In this document: in pieces, positions 27,520-35,558 of the stretch
How the letters are laid out: each line of letters begins with the position of its first letter
How positions within the stretch are numbered: position 1 is the stretch's first letter
Source of the DNA: a virus
Strand: one strand, 5' to 3'
Virus record (IMG/VR): IMGVR_UViG_3300014720_000002
Length of the DNA: 64,000 nt
The notes under the pieces: model-generated
Seen by the model: the letters and a program-made list of their open reading frames with translations, nothing else
What the model was told of the DNA's origin: nothing
Database searches by the model: none
Position numbers and translations under genes: made by a program

Positions 27520-28416
27520 TGACATTTGGTCACACCTTAAAACTGTGTGAATTGCTGGAACAGCCTTAGAGCCTTGTTACCCTTTGGGTCGAAAAAACAA
27601 GGATTGGCCAATCAGCAGCTAAGCCTTTTTGCTGGCGCAAGCTGGTGGATCGGAAAGTTCAACGACTAGGGCTACGGCCCGTAGCTCCGAAGACGGAGCG
27701 AAGCGCACAGGTATTTTGCTTGAAAAGGTTTCTCAACTTCTGCAGCCTGACTGCATGTGGTCAAGAAACCATAACTGTTGTGTGGTATGCAGTGGTGTCG
27801 ATTCTCCGCACATGGCCGGTGGCCGGTGTAGTAAATGTTATCAGGCCATCTACAGAAGCCTCCACAAGGAGCAGATGGCTGAGAGCAAGCGTCGCTGGTA
27901 TAAGCGTCACATGACTCCTGAGCTTATGCGCAGCATACGCGAGGAACGTCATTTTGGCTCTAACCGGACGCTGGCTTTGGAGAGAGATGGATTCAAGTGT
28001 CAGCTTTGCGAATGCCGCGATCTTAAAAAGCTCGTTGTGCACCACAAAGATGGACATGGAAGATCTACTGATGCTCCTAATAACGATTTGGATAATCTTC
28101 AGACGCTGTGTCGGAAACATCACATCAAGGTGCATTTAGCAGAGTTGCAACTGGCCAAGAAAGGCTTGCTTGTAATACCTGATAAGATGCGTAAAGGCAG
28201 CTACCGTCAGAGACCCATTTCTGGCTGGTCTAGGTTGTATGCGCACTGCGTCGTTTGTGAGAAATCTGACAGCCCGCACAAGGGAAGAGGTTGGTGTAAC
28301 CGTTGCGCCCAGCGCAAGGATCTACACCATCTCTACGAGCAAAGTCCAAGATATAGTCTGAGCTTCAAGGAAACTTGAAGAGGGTGGCTGGTATCGAGCC
28401 ATCCGAAACAAAACTG
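27520..28416 (+). mobile_element. Group I self-splicing intron (IA2-like) inserted in the AAA ATPase Walker B motif
   Basis: P1 ggtgtgatt/ggtcacacc with U27519-G27529 wobble; P aattgctggaa; Q aatcagcag; R gttcaacgactag; S aagatatagtct; P3 ctgtgtg/cgcacag; P7.1 and P7.2 hairpins; P9 cttcaag-gaaa-cttgaag; terminal G28416. Splicing restores WCD|EIEK. Confidence 0.93.
27755..28378 (+). CDS. Intron-encoded HNH homing endonuclease
   Basis: RDGFKCQLC...VHHKDG...NDLDNLQTLCRKHHIKVH; lies between P3' and P7'; lower GC than flanks. Confidence 0.88.
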   Translation: MWSRNHNCCVVCSGVDSPHMAGGRCSKCYQAIYRSLHKEQMAESKRRWYKRHMTPELMRSIREERHFGSNRTLALERDGFKCQLCECRDLKKLVVHHKDGHGRSTDAPNNDLDNLQTLCRKHHIKVHLAELQLAKKGLLVIPDKMRKGSYRQRPISGWSRLYAHCVVCEKSDSPHKGRGWCNRCAQRKDLHHLYEQSPRYSLSFKET

Positions 28417-28968
28417 GAAATTGAGAAGGGGCTATCCGGCACCAAGTCCGGCGGGGCCTCTGATGGTGGCGTTATGGATCGCGTGTTCGGTGCGTTCCTT
28501 ACCTGGCTCAACGAAAAGACGGTAGATGTTTTCGTGGTCGCCACGGCGAACAAGGCAGCGGAGTTGCCGCCTGAGTTCCTTCGTCCGGGCCGGTTTGACT
28601 CCCTGTTCTTCGTTGATCTTCCGACGGCGTCGGAGCGCGAGGTCATCTGGAAGATCCAGATGGCCAAGTATGGGCGCAAGCTCAAGGGCTTCGACCTCAA
28701 GGAACTGGCGGTCAACACCAGTGGGTTCACCGGCGCCGAGATCGAGGCCATCCTGGTGGAGGGCCTGCACATGGCATTCGCGGCCGAGCGCGATCTCAAG
28801 CAAAACGACCTGCTGGAGGCGCGCAAGCAAATCTCCCCGGTGGCCAAGGTCATGGGCGATCAGCTTGTGCAACTGCGCAACTGGGCCAAGGACCGGACCC
28901 GTCCGGCCGGGCTGGGTTTCGCTGAGACGCCGACGGCAGAACTTGGCGAGCGTGCACTGAGCGTATGA
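28417..28968 (+). CDS. AAA+ ATPase (Ycf46-like), exon 2
   Basis: EIEKGLSG...SDGG...FLTWL...VFVVATAN...LPPEFLRPGRFD; spliced product 529 aa. Confidence 0.9.
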   Translation, partial: EIEKGLSGTKSGGASDGGVMDRVFGAFLTWLNEKTVDVFVVATANKAAELPPEFLRPGRFDSLFFVDLPTASEREVIWKIQMAKYGRKLKGFDLKELAVNTSGFTGAEIEAILVEGLHMAFAAERDLKQNDLLEARKQISPVAKVMGDQLVQLRNWAKDRTRPAGLGFAETPTAELGERALSV

Positions 28969-29438
28969 ACAGGTTTGCCCATCAAACGAGCGTGTCGCCC
29001 GACAAGTCCCGGGCTGAAATCCAGGCTGTGCTGACCCGCTATGGCGCCACGGCGTTCATGTATGGGGAGCAAGGCGGACGCGCGCTGATCTGTTTCCAGG
29101 TCAATGCGCGGATGGTGAAGTTTGTGCTGGACCTGCCGGTGGCGTAGGAGCGTGAGTTCACACACACGCCCACCGGCAGGTTGCGGTCACAGGCAGAGCG
29201 GTTGAAGGCCCATGACCAGGAGGTGCGGCGCCGTTGGCGGGCGCTCTGCTTGGGCATCAAGGCCAAGCTGGAGTTTGTCCAGTCGGGCATCAGCGTGTTC
29301 GAGAAGGAGTTTCTCGCCCATCTGGTGCTGCCGTCGGGCGAACAGGTTGGCGATTACGTGCTGCGGCACGCTGATCGCCTGTTGTCGGATGCAGGCAGCA
29401 GCGCATTGCTGCTGGAGTTTGGACAGGAGCCGAAATGA
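28965..29438 (+). pseudogene. Phage-type hypothetical gene interrupted by an in-frame TAG at 29145-29147
   Basis: ORFs 28965-29147 and 29181-29438 are in the same frame and read as one continuous protein (SRAEIQAVL...EREFTHTPTGR...RRWRAL...KAKLE). Confidence 0.6.
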
Positions 29439-30196
29439 CACAACCAACATCACTGGCGGCATTCGCCAAGATGCAGGAGCGGAAGTTGCTGACCGGCTGG
29501 TATGTGGTGATCGCGGAGGCGGTCGCCCACCAGCCCGGCATGACACAGAACGAGATCGCCCAGTGGATCCGTGAAAGCGACAGCGAACTGGCCAAGCCGC
29601 GCGAGGTGCGACGCAAGGTCCAGCCACACACCATTAGCCCACGGTTCGCGGAGATGGTGCGGCGTGGTTCGCTGGTGGAGGTTGGTTTGAAGCGGTGCAG
29701 CGTTACGGGCGAAGAGGTGAAGACCTACGCGCTGCCGGAGACTCCGCCGGAGGCGTTGTCGCCTGGTGCGCGCAGGCAGTCCAAGCTCAAGGCAGCGCTT
29801 GTGCGGATTGTCGGCTTGGAGCAGCAGGTCATGCAGTTGCAGGTGCAGTTGCAGGATGCGACGCTACGTGAGCCGATGCCGGCACTGGAGTCGGATGACC
29901 TCGGGCTGCTGCGGCTCGGGGACCCGAACCCGCCGGCCAACTGGCGTGGTTACGTCATCAGCCAGTATGCCAAGTCACCCAATGCGGCGGGCTGGCGGGT
30001 GCTGGTCGGGACGATCTTCGCGCGCGAGTTCAGCAACATGCCGGTGCCGCTGGCCGATCTGCTGGAGATTACCCGGGCAGGCTTGCGGAATGCGCACACA
30101 GGCATCGTGGCCGCCACTGGTCTGGCGGATGAAGATCTGGCCAAGATTGAAGCGTGGCTGAACGAGGCGCTCGCCCAGGTCGCGCCTCCGGCCTGA
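29435..30196 (+). CDS. Hypothetical protein with winged-HTH-like N-terminal region
   Basis: GMTQNEIA...TISPRFAEMVRRGSLVEVGLKRCSVTG. Confidence 0.65.
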   Translation: MTQPTSLAAFAKMQERKLLTGWYVVIAEAVAHQPGMTQNEIAQWIRESDSELAKPREVRRKVQPHTISPRFAEMVRRGSLVEVGLKRCSVTGEEVKTYALPETPPEALSPGARRQSKLKAALVRIVGLEQQVMQLQVQLQDATLREPMPALESDDLGLLRLGDPNPPANWRGYVISQYAKSPNAAGWRVLVGTIFAREFSNMPVPLADLLEITRAGLRNAHTGIVAATGLADEDLAKIEAWLNEALAQVAPPA

Positions 30197-30366
30197 TAAG
30201 ATTTGGACGAGCCTGCCTGGTAACGGGCAGGTCACGTCCGCGGGTCGGCTTTCGTGATGGTTGCGCCGACCCGCCACTTGCAGATGCACATGACGGCATG
30301 GCAACTCTGGGTCCAATTCCCAGAGTTGTCTTTTCGCCGGACTGTGTTAATCGTCACTCACTTTAC

Positions 30367-30784
30367 GGGCCTGAATTGGTTTCGACTGCAGATTGTGCGC
30401 CGTGAGTTGCATGCAGTGGATGATCGTTGGCCACGCTAAACTTCGATCAAAAGTATCAGCCAACTCGCAAGAGGACGCTGGTCTGCTCGCCGAAGCGGCT
30501 CGCATCATGGGCAACCCTGATGCCGTGCTCGCCAAGTATGAGCAGGCTGTTCTGGCCTAACCAAAGCCAGCCGTTCGCCGGGTGACACCTGCTGTCCCGG
30601 AACGAACGTCATCAGCAGGTTCAATCAGCAGCCAGGCGACCGGCTGTTGGGTGTGACTGTCAGGCGCAAACCTTGTCGGCCAGTTCTCCTGGTTCGAGTC
30701 GGCAAGTTACTAACCGGGAAAAGCATGTAGAGCTTGCGGTAGTCAGTGTGCAGGACCTCGGTTCAACCCCGAGCAGGTCCACCA
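30367..30784 (+). ncRNA. ssrA: tmRNA (transfer-messenger RNA), 418 nt
   Basis: 5' GGGCCTGAATTGGTTTCGAC pairs with 3' CAGGTCC-ACCA; T-arm ctcggttcaaccccgag; PK1-like gtgg/ccac plus tgatcg/cgatca; tag ORF 30459-30560. Confidence 0.95.
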
Positions 30785-30811
30785 ATTTGCCGGCCTCCCT
30801 GGGCTGGCTTG

Positions 30812-30848
30812 AACGCCGGTCACTTGTGTGTCCGGCGTTTCTTCTTCA
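30812..30848 (+). terminator. Terminator-like hairpin after tmRNA
   Basis: aacgccgg/ccggcgtt stem followed by tcttcttc. Confidence 0.55.
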
Positions 30849-31007
30849 GGGGTCATCAACGGAATCATCACTATGTTGGACGTGCTCGCCTGTTTAGCCG
30901 AAACCATCACACCGCCCGTCAGTCTGCCTTTACCGGCAGTTAGACCTCCGGCCTCTCCCGTCGTTACCGCCACTGCCCATGCTGGCAGGCAATCGCTACA
31001 GACCGGC

Positions 31008-31763
31008 ATGCCCAAGAGCATACCGGCCCGCAATCTGCGCCCATCGCTTCCGCCGGCGGATCCCAGCACATGGGGTCACACGGCGCCGCCCTTCTCCTTC
31101 ATCCGTCCGGTCAAAGATGATCCCAATCAGTTCCACGTCACCCTTCGACAGGCATCTGGTCCCGGATTCGGCACCGGAACTGCCATCGTCAGGGCGGACG
31201 AGATTCCCCAGGATGGAGACCTTACTGGGATTCGCTGGTCGGTGGAGTGGGCGTTCTTTCCGTCCGACTTCCGGACTTACAGCTACGTCACCGAGAAGTG
31301 GCGGCTGGAAGAGTTGAAGAAACACCGCGGCGAACTCCGCAATTCCTTCATCCTAGAGCTTGCCTCCAACGAGGCAGTGCTGCGCGGCAGGATTCCGCCG
31401 ATGGCCCGGTTGCTGACGCTGGATGGTCGCACGGCCGTCATGTGGCGCGAACTGGACGCGCTGGCATTCAAGCTGCCCATGTCGCCCCGGCATCGCGGTT
31501 ACTGGATGTCGTTCATGGGGCGGATGCCGGACCACAACGTGTGGGTCACCAAGCGCAGGGAGCGTTCGGGCGCGGCCAAGGCGCAAGCCGCGGCGGCAGC
31601 CCGTGCTGTGCGTTTTGCTGCGGCGCCGCAGCCGGTGGGTGAAGGCCAGCGCGAGCATCATGAGCGGCGGCGCCATGGTCTGCGCCATGCCGTGTTAGAT
31701 GGATTGGTTGTGGATGGTCACACGGCCTCTGCCAGCGACCTCAAGCAACTGCTTGGGCTGTGA
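31008..31763 (+). CDS. Hypothetical protein
   Basis: Open frame 30828-31763; ATG 31008 chosen, start uncertain. Confidence 0.55.
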   Translation: MPKSIPARNLRPSLPPADPSTWGHTAPPFSFIRPVKDDPNQFHVTLRQASGPGFGTGTAIVRADEIPQDGDLTGIRWSVEWAFFPSDFRTYSYVTEKWRLEELKKHRGELRNSFILELASNEAVLRGRIPPMARLLTLDGRTAVMWRELDALAFKLPMSPRHRGYWMSFMGRMPDHNVWVTKRRERSGAAKAQAAAAARAVRFAAAPQPVGEGQREHHERRRHGLRHAVLDGLVVDGHTASASDLKQLLGL

Positions 31764-31774
31764 GTTGAACTGAC

Positions 31775-31804
31775 GAGGAGGCGTGGGAATTCCCACGCCT
31801 CCTC
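31775..31804. repeat. Perfect 30-bp palindrome
   Basis: gaggaggcgtgggaa|ttcccacgcctcctc. Confidence 0.9.
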
Positions 31805-32001
31805 TGGTTCTAGGTTCGGCTGATTGTTAGCTATTGGCTTGCTGACTAAGAACAAAGCCGTTAAATCCGTCCGGCAGCACTGTGAGTCTTCCGATGGCTT
31901 ACCGGGTCGGCGGGATGGCGGATCTTGGTGTTGGGTGTGGTCCGGCTGTAGTCGATCTGGGAAAGTCAGCCTGTTTGCTGGCCTGTGGTGCTGCCTTTGT
32001 T

Positions 32002-32220
32002 TTGCGCGTTGAGATTGAAATCGAAGACACGCTGGTGGCTGAAGGCGGGCAGACTCCCCGCCCAGGGCTGAGCGCCACTTGCTCGCGCTGCGACCACTGC
32101 GTTGAAGTAGCCGGCGAAGGCCCTTCAGCGGAGATGGCGCTGCAGACTTTGCTGCGCCGCACCTGTCCGTTGCGTGAGCAGAACCGGTATGTGACGCTGC
32201 CAGATGAGCGAATGGATTGA
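32002..32220 (+). CDS. Small Cys-containing hypothetical protein
   Basis: RVEIEIEDT...ATCSRCDH...TCPLREQNRYV; TTG start inferred. Confidence 0.5.
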   Translation: MRVEIEIEDTLVAEGGQTPRPGLSATCSRCDHCVEVAGEGPSAEMALQTLLRRTCPLREQNRYVTLPDERMD

Positions 32221-32692
32221 ACCTCGGTCCCGCGCCTGCTACATTGGCCCCATGTTCAAATGCGCAGCAGTAGGACAAGACAGCCTGGGCGAAGCTGCCG
32301 GTATCTTGCGCGACATCTACAACGAGAATCCGAGCTACTGGCCGCACGGCCTGTCAGTCGGTCACTTTGACGGCGGGCTGTGGCTGGTTCGTGAGAAGTC
32401 TTCCAGCGCTCCGGTAGGTTTCGTCGGTTGGCAGGAGCGGCCTGAGCGTTCGGCGAGCGGCCTCCGCAAGATAGGCTACTATTCCATCGGAGTGCTGCCA
32501 GCCTATCGAGGCAACGGCTTTGCGCGCGAGGCGGTGGGCAAGCTACTGAGCTTTAAGTCCGCCGCTGTGGACGAGGTCAGGGCGCTGATCAAGCAGCACA
32601 ATCTGCCGTCGTTGCGGCTGGCCGCCAGCCTGGCTGTGCCCGTGGTTAAACTTGCCAGCGCTGCTCCAGCAGGTAAGGTAGCCCGGCGATGA
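32204..32692 (+). CDS. GNAT-family acetyltransferase
   Basis: IGVLPAYRGNGFAREAV acetyl-CoA motif A; NLPSLRLA. Confidence 0.85.
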   Translation: MSEWIEPRSRACYIGPMFKCAAVGQDSLGEAAGILRDIYNENPSYWPHGLSVGHFDGGLWLVREKSSSAPVGFVGWQERPERSASGLRKIGYYSIGVLPAYRGNGFAREAVGKLLSFKSAAVDEVRALIKQHNLPSLRLAASLAVPVVKLASAAPAGKVARR

Positions 32693-34161
32693 GCAGCCTG
32701 AACTACATCCCTTGGCTGGCCGGCGGTGTCGGCCTGGCTGCGTTGGAGAACAAGCTCATTGCAGAGGAGATTCCTGACCCGCTGAAGACGGTCAACCTGG
32801 GTGTTGGGGCTGTGACCGGATTTCTGGGTGCTAACCCGACCACGCGGACGGCGGCGCTTAATAGTCTTCCGTTCAAGCAGCTAGGTCTGTTCGGTGTCGG
32901 CGCCATGGACAAGTTTCGCCGCCAGCAGCAGTCGTTGGTGGATACCAACCTGACGACGGCCAACATCAACAAGGACACGGCGCGGTTGCATCAAGATGAC
33001 GCCGGTAATCGCAAGGCGATGGCTTTGGCCTTTTTGCTGCCGGCTTTGGTGGGTAGCGGGGCGCTGGCTTACTACGCCTACAACAAGGGGCAGCGGTCTT
33101 CGCCGGGATCTCGGTTTCAGACTGTGGACAGCAAGGGCGCTCCCAAGGGGCGTCGGCGGGTGAAGATCGAGGTGCCGGCGTCGGCCTTGCCGGATGAATT
33201 TTTCTCGTCTTTGATCAACGTGGACGACAATTCCAAGGCGTTCACCCGGGTGCAGGAGAAGAGCGAAGCTCCAGTGCGCAAGCGTGCTTCCGCTGACCGT
33301 TCTATTCCCGGCATGGTTTGGGACACAGCACAGGAGTTCACTGGACTACCTTCGGTGACGCGCTCGCTACGGGAGGCAGGGCAGGCCACTGCGCAAGGCG
33401 TGGCTGGCAACTACGACGAGGCTGGTCGTTATGGTTTGGCCTCGGCGGGTAATCTGGCCATTGGGGCGCTTGGTGCGCAGACCATGCCTTGGCTGCTGGG
33501 CAAGATGCTGACGCAGAAGCGGCTGGCTGACTGGCGCAACTCCCGCAAATTTTCACCGTCGGGATTTTTGGACCCCAAGTTGCCGCACATCGGCAACTGG
33601 ATCTGGCGCCATTCGTTCGGCAATCAGTTGTCACCGCAGCAGGCCAAGGCGCGCAAGGCCATGTCGGCTACCAGCATGGCGGCCGGCGGTAAAGCCGTTG
33701 ACATGCGTGGCGCGTTGGACCGTGCCCGGGACATCAAGTTTCGTTACGATCCCCGCCGGTTTGCGTGGAGTAATCCCGCGGCGGCAAAACCGTATTCCCT
33801 GGGTAGCGTGTTCAATCGACTGCTGACGGAGTCGCCAGGGGGAGCCAGCACCGGCATTCTTGGGCGTGCCGCCGACATCGGACGCTACGGGGCCAACCGC
33901 GCGGTCAATGCCGCCTACTGGACGCACCAGCTTGCCCGGCGCAATCCGATGGCGTCGTTGTTCGCGCTTGGCCTGCCTTTGTCTGGGCTTGGGTCCATCA
34001 AGGACGACGACAATTTGAACGCGGCCCGCGCAGCCGGCGCGGCCAATTCTTTCTTCACGGCGCCCAGCCGCAACGGTCGGCCGGTGAGCCAGACCTTGGA
34101 CTCCATCCTCGGTTTGATCGGCGGCAACCAGCCGCATCCGGTGGTCGGACAGCTTCGTTGA
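32689..34161 (+). CDS. Gly/Ala-rich multi-hydrophobic putative virion (internal/ejection) protein
   Basis: Several hydrophobic helices; KRAS at an apparent domain boundary. Confidence 0.65.
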   Translation: MSSLNYIPWLAGGVGLAALENKLIAEEIPDPLKTVNLGVGAVTGFLGANPTTRTAALNSLPFKQLGLFGVGAMDKFRRQQQSLVDTNLTTANINKDTARLHQDDAGNRKAMALAFLLPALVGSGALAYYAYNKGQRSSPGSRFQTVDSKGAPKGRRRVKIEVPASALPDEFFSSLINVDDNSKAFTRVQEKSEAPVRKRASADRSIPGMVWDTAQEFTGLPSVTRSLREAGQATAQGVAGNYDEAGRYGLASAGNLAIGALGAQTMPWLLGKMLTQKRLADWRNSRKFSPSGFLDPKLPHIGNWIWRHSFGNQLSPQQAKARKAMSATSMAAGGKAVDMRGALDRARDIKFRYDPRRFAWSNPAAAKPYSLGSVFNRLLTESPGGASTGILGRAADIGRYGANRAVNAAYWTHQLARRNPMASLFALGLPLSGLGSIKDDDNLNAARAAGAANSFFTAPSRNGRPVSQTLDSILGLIGGNQPHPVVGQLR

Positions 34162-34167
34162 ATTCCG

Positions 34168-35220
34168 ATGAGGGTAATTACCATGACCGGGTGGCGGCGC
34201 CCGGAGCTTACGAATGCCGTGCTTGATTCCCTGGCCCAGTGCTGCGGCTCAGACCGTTACGAGGTCTTGTTGCATCTTGAGCCAGGGCACGAGGCTGAGA
34301 TTTTGAAGGTGGTCGGCAAACCGCGTCCGTTTGTGGTGCACACGTCCGTCAACAAGACTGTGCTTGGCATTTCTACCAACACGCTGGCGGCGTTGGAGCA
34401 CGGTTTTGCCCGGTCAGAGTTTGTGGTCCACCTGGAGGATGACTCATTGCTGCTACCCAATGCCCTGCGGTTCTTCGAGTGGTTCGACGATCGTCGGGCT
34501 TTGCGGGAGGTGCATCGGCTGGCGACTCTGTCGGCTTATTCGACGCACCAGGGATTGAACCATGACACTGCTGCACCCGACGAGGTGTTTGTGCAGCGCT
34601 GGTTCAGTTGCTCTGCCTGGGCCACCTGGCGTGATACCTGGCAGGCCATGAAGCGTAGCTGGGGCGGCGACGCGCGCGGTTTTGCCCGCCACGTCTGCGG
34701 CTTTCAACTGCTGCACGACCTTCACCAGGCATATCCTGGCCAGTCCTTGTGCAAGAACATAGGCTTTGGGGCTGCTGGTTCGGTCAACGCCGGGCAAGGC
34801 TTTACGATGCCGGGTCAGGTCTGCGACCACGTCGCGGTGCCTCGTGACTACTGGATCAGCCGTCTGCCATCAACGGCGCGGCCTAGCTTCATGGACGCGG
34901 ACGTGACGCCGGCTGAAGCAGCCGTGGCTTTGCACTGGATTGCCTCCAGCATGCCGGATGGCGGTTGGAGGTATCCGGGTTCAGTGCGGGGGCGCCCGTG
35001 GACTGCGCTTGGGGTGCTGCCTTCTGACGTTGGGCCGCTATTGCTGGACGACAGCATCGCGTGTCCGATGGATGCCAGCATGGCGTTGCTGGAGACTTGG
35101 CCTACCGTGGTGGTGGTATGCGGGACAGGCTGGCCGGCGGTGTTGGTGGAACGCGGCTACCGACTGGAGTTCGAGCATTTGAACGAAGGTGCAGGAGTGC
35201 GGAAGTTTGTGCGGCAATGA
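34168..35220 (+). CDS. GT-A fold (GT2-like) glycosyltransferase
   Basis: RRPELTNAVLDSL ... FVVHLEDDSLL ... WATWRDTW. Confidence 0.78.
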   Translation: MRVITMTGWRRPELTNAVLDSLAQCCGSDRYEVLLHLEPGHEAEILKVVGKPRPFVVHTSVNKTVLGISTNTLAALEHGFARSEFVVHLEDDSLLLPNALRFFEWFDDRRALREVHRLATLSAYSTHQGLNHDTAAPDEVFVQRWFSCSAWATWRDTWQAMKRSWGGDARGFARHVCGFQLLHDLHQAYPGQSLCKNIGFGAAGSVNAGQGFTMPGQVCDHVAVPRDYWISRLPSTARPSFMDADVTPAEAAVALHWIASSMPDGGWRYPGSVRGRPWTALGVLPSDVGPLLLDDSIACPMDASMALLETWPTVVVVCGTGWPAVLVERGYRLEFEHLNEGAGVRKFVRQ

Positions 35221-35558
35221 AGGAGCATAATCTGGCGGACCTGAGGTCTGCCCTGAAGGCGTCGGGTGTGTCGGCCAGGGATCGCGGCACGGTCTTGGAG
35301 TTCAAGTTCTCCCGGAATTTCGTGAGGCAGTTGGAACTGTTTGCTCCTGGGTGTGGCAGCCGGACCCATGTTCCTGGCACGAATGGCGGACAGATGGAGT
35401 GTGGCGCCTGGCTGACTTGGATGGACGGAACTCGCATCCAGCAGTTCTGTGGTTACTGTGAGTCTCAACTGAATGCACCTGCAGTCGTTTGTTTATCGCA
35501 ATGTCCGGTTTCGCAGCAAGGTAATGGCCGAGATGGCCTGGTGGTTGGACCGGTTTGA
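35217..35558 (+). CDS. Hypothetical protein
   Basis: ATGA-coupled; overlaps the next ORF by 86 nt. Confidence 0.45.
   Translation: MKEHNLADLRSALKASGVSARDRGTVLEFKFSRNFVRQLELFAPGCGSRTHVPGTNGGQMECGAWLTWMDGTRIQQFCGYCESQLNAPAVVCLSQCPVSQQGNGRDGLVVGPV

Noticed and set aside
27629-27754. HNH ORF start at 27629 as in the ORF track
   Set aside because: This stretch is the intron catalytic core (R, P7, P7.1/7.2, P3'); ATG 27755 is more plausible.
29145-29147. Genome-wide TAG recoding
   Set aside because: TAG terminates several clear genes (17079, 17933, 22526, 24021, 56391), and no other gene appears fragmented at TAG.
30254-30943. ORFs 30254-30439, 30673-30897 and 30746-30943
   Set aside because: They overlap the tmRNA and have no protein-like features.
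31934-31948. GGTGT-GGTCC-GGCTG periodic run
   Set aside because: Only three units, 23 kb from the RAMP gene.
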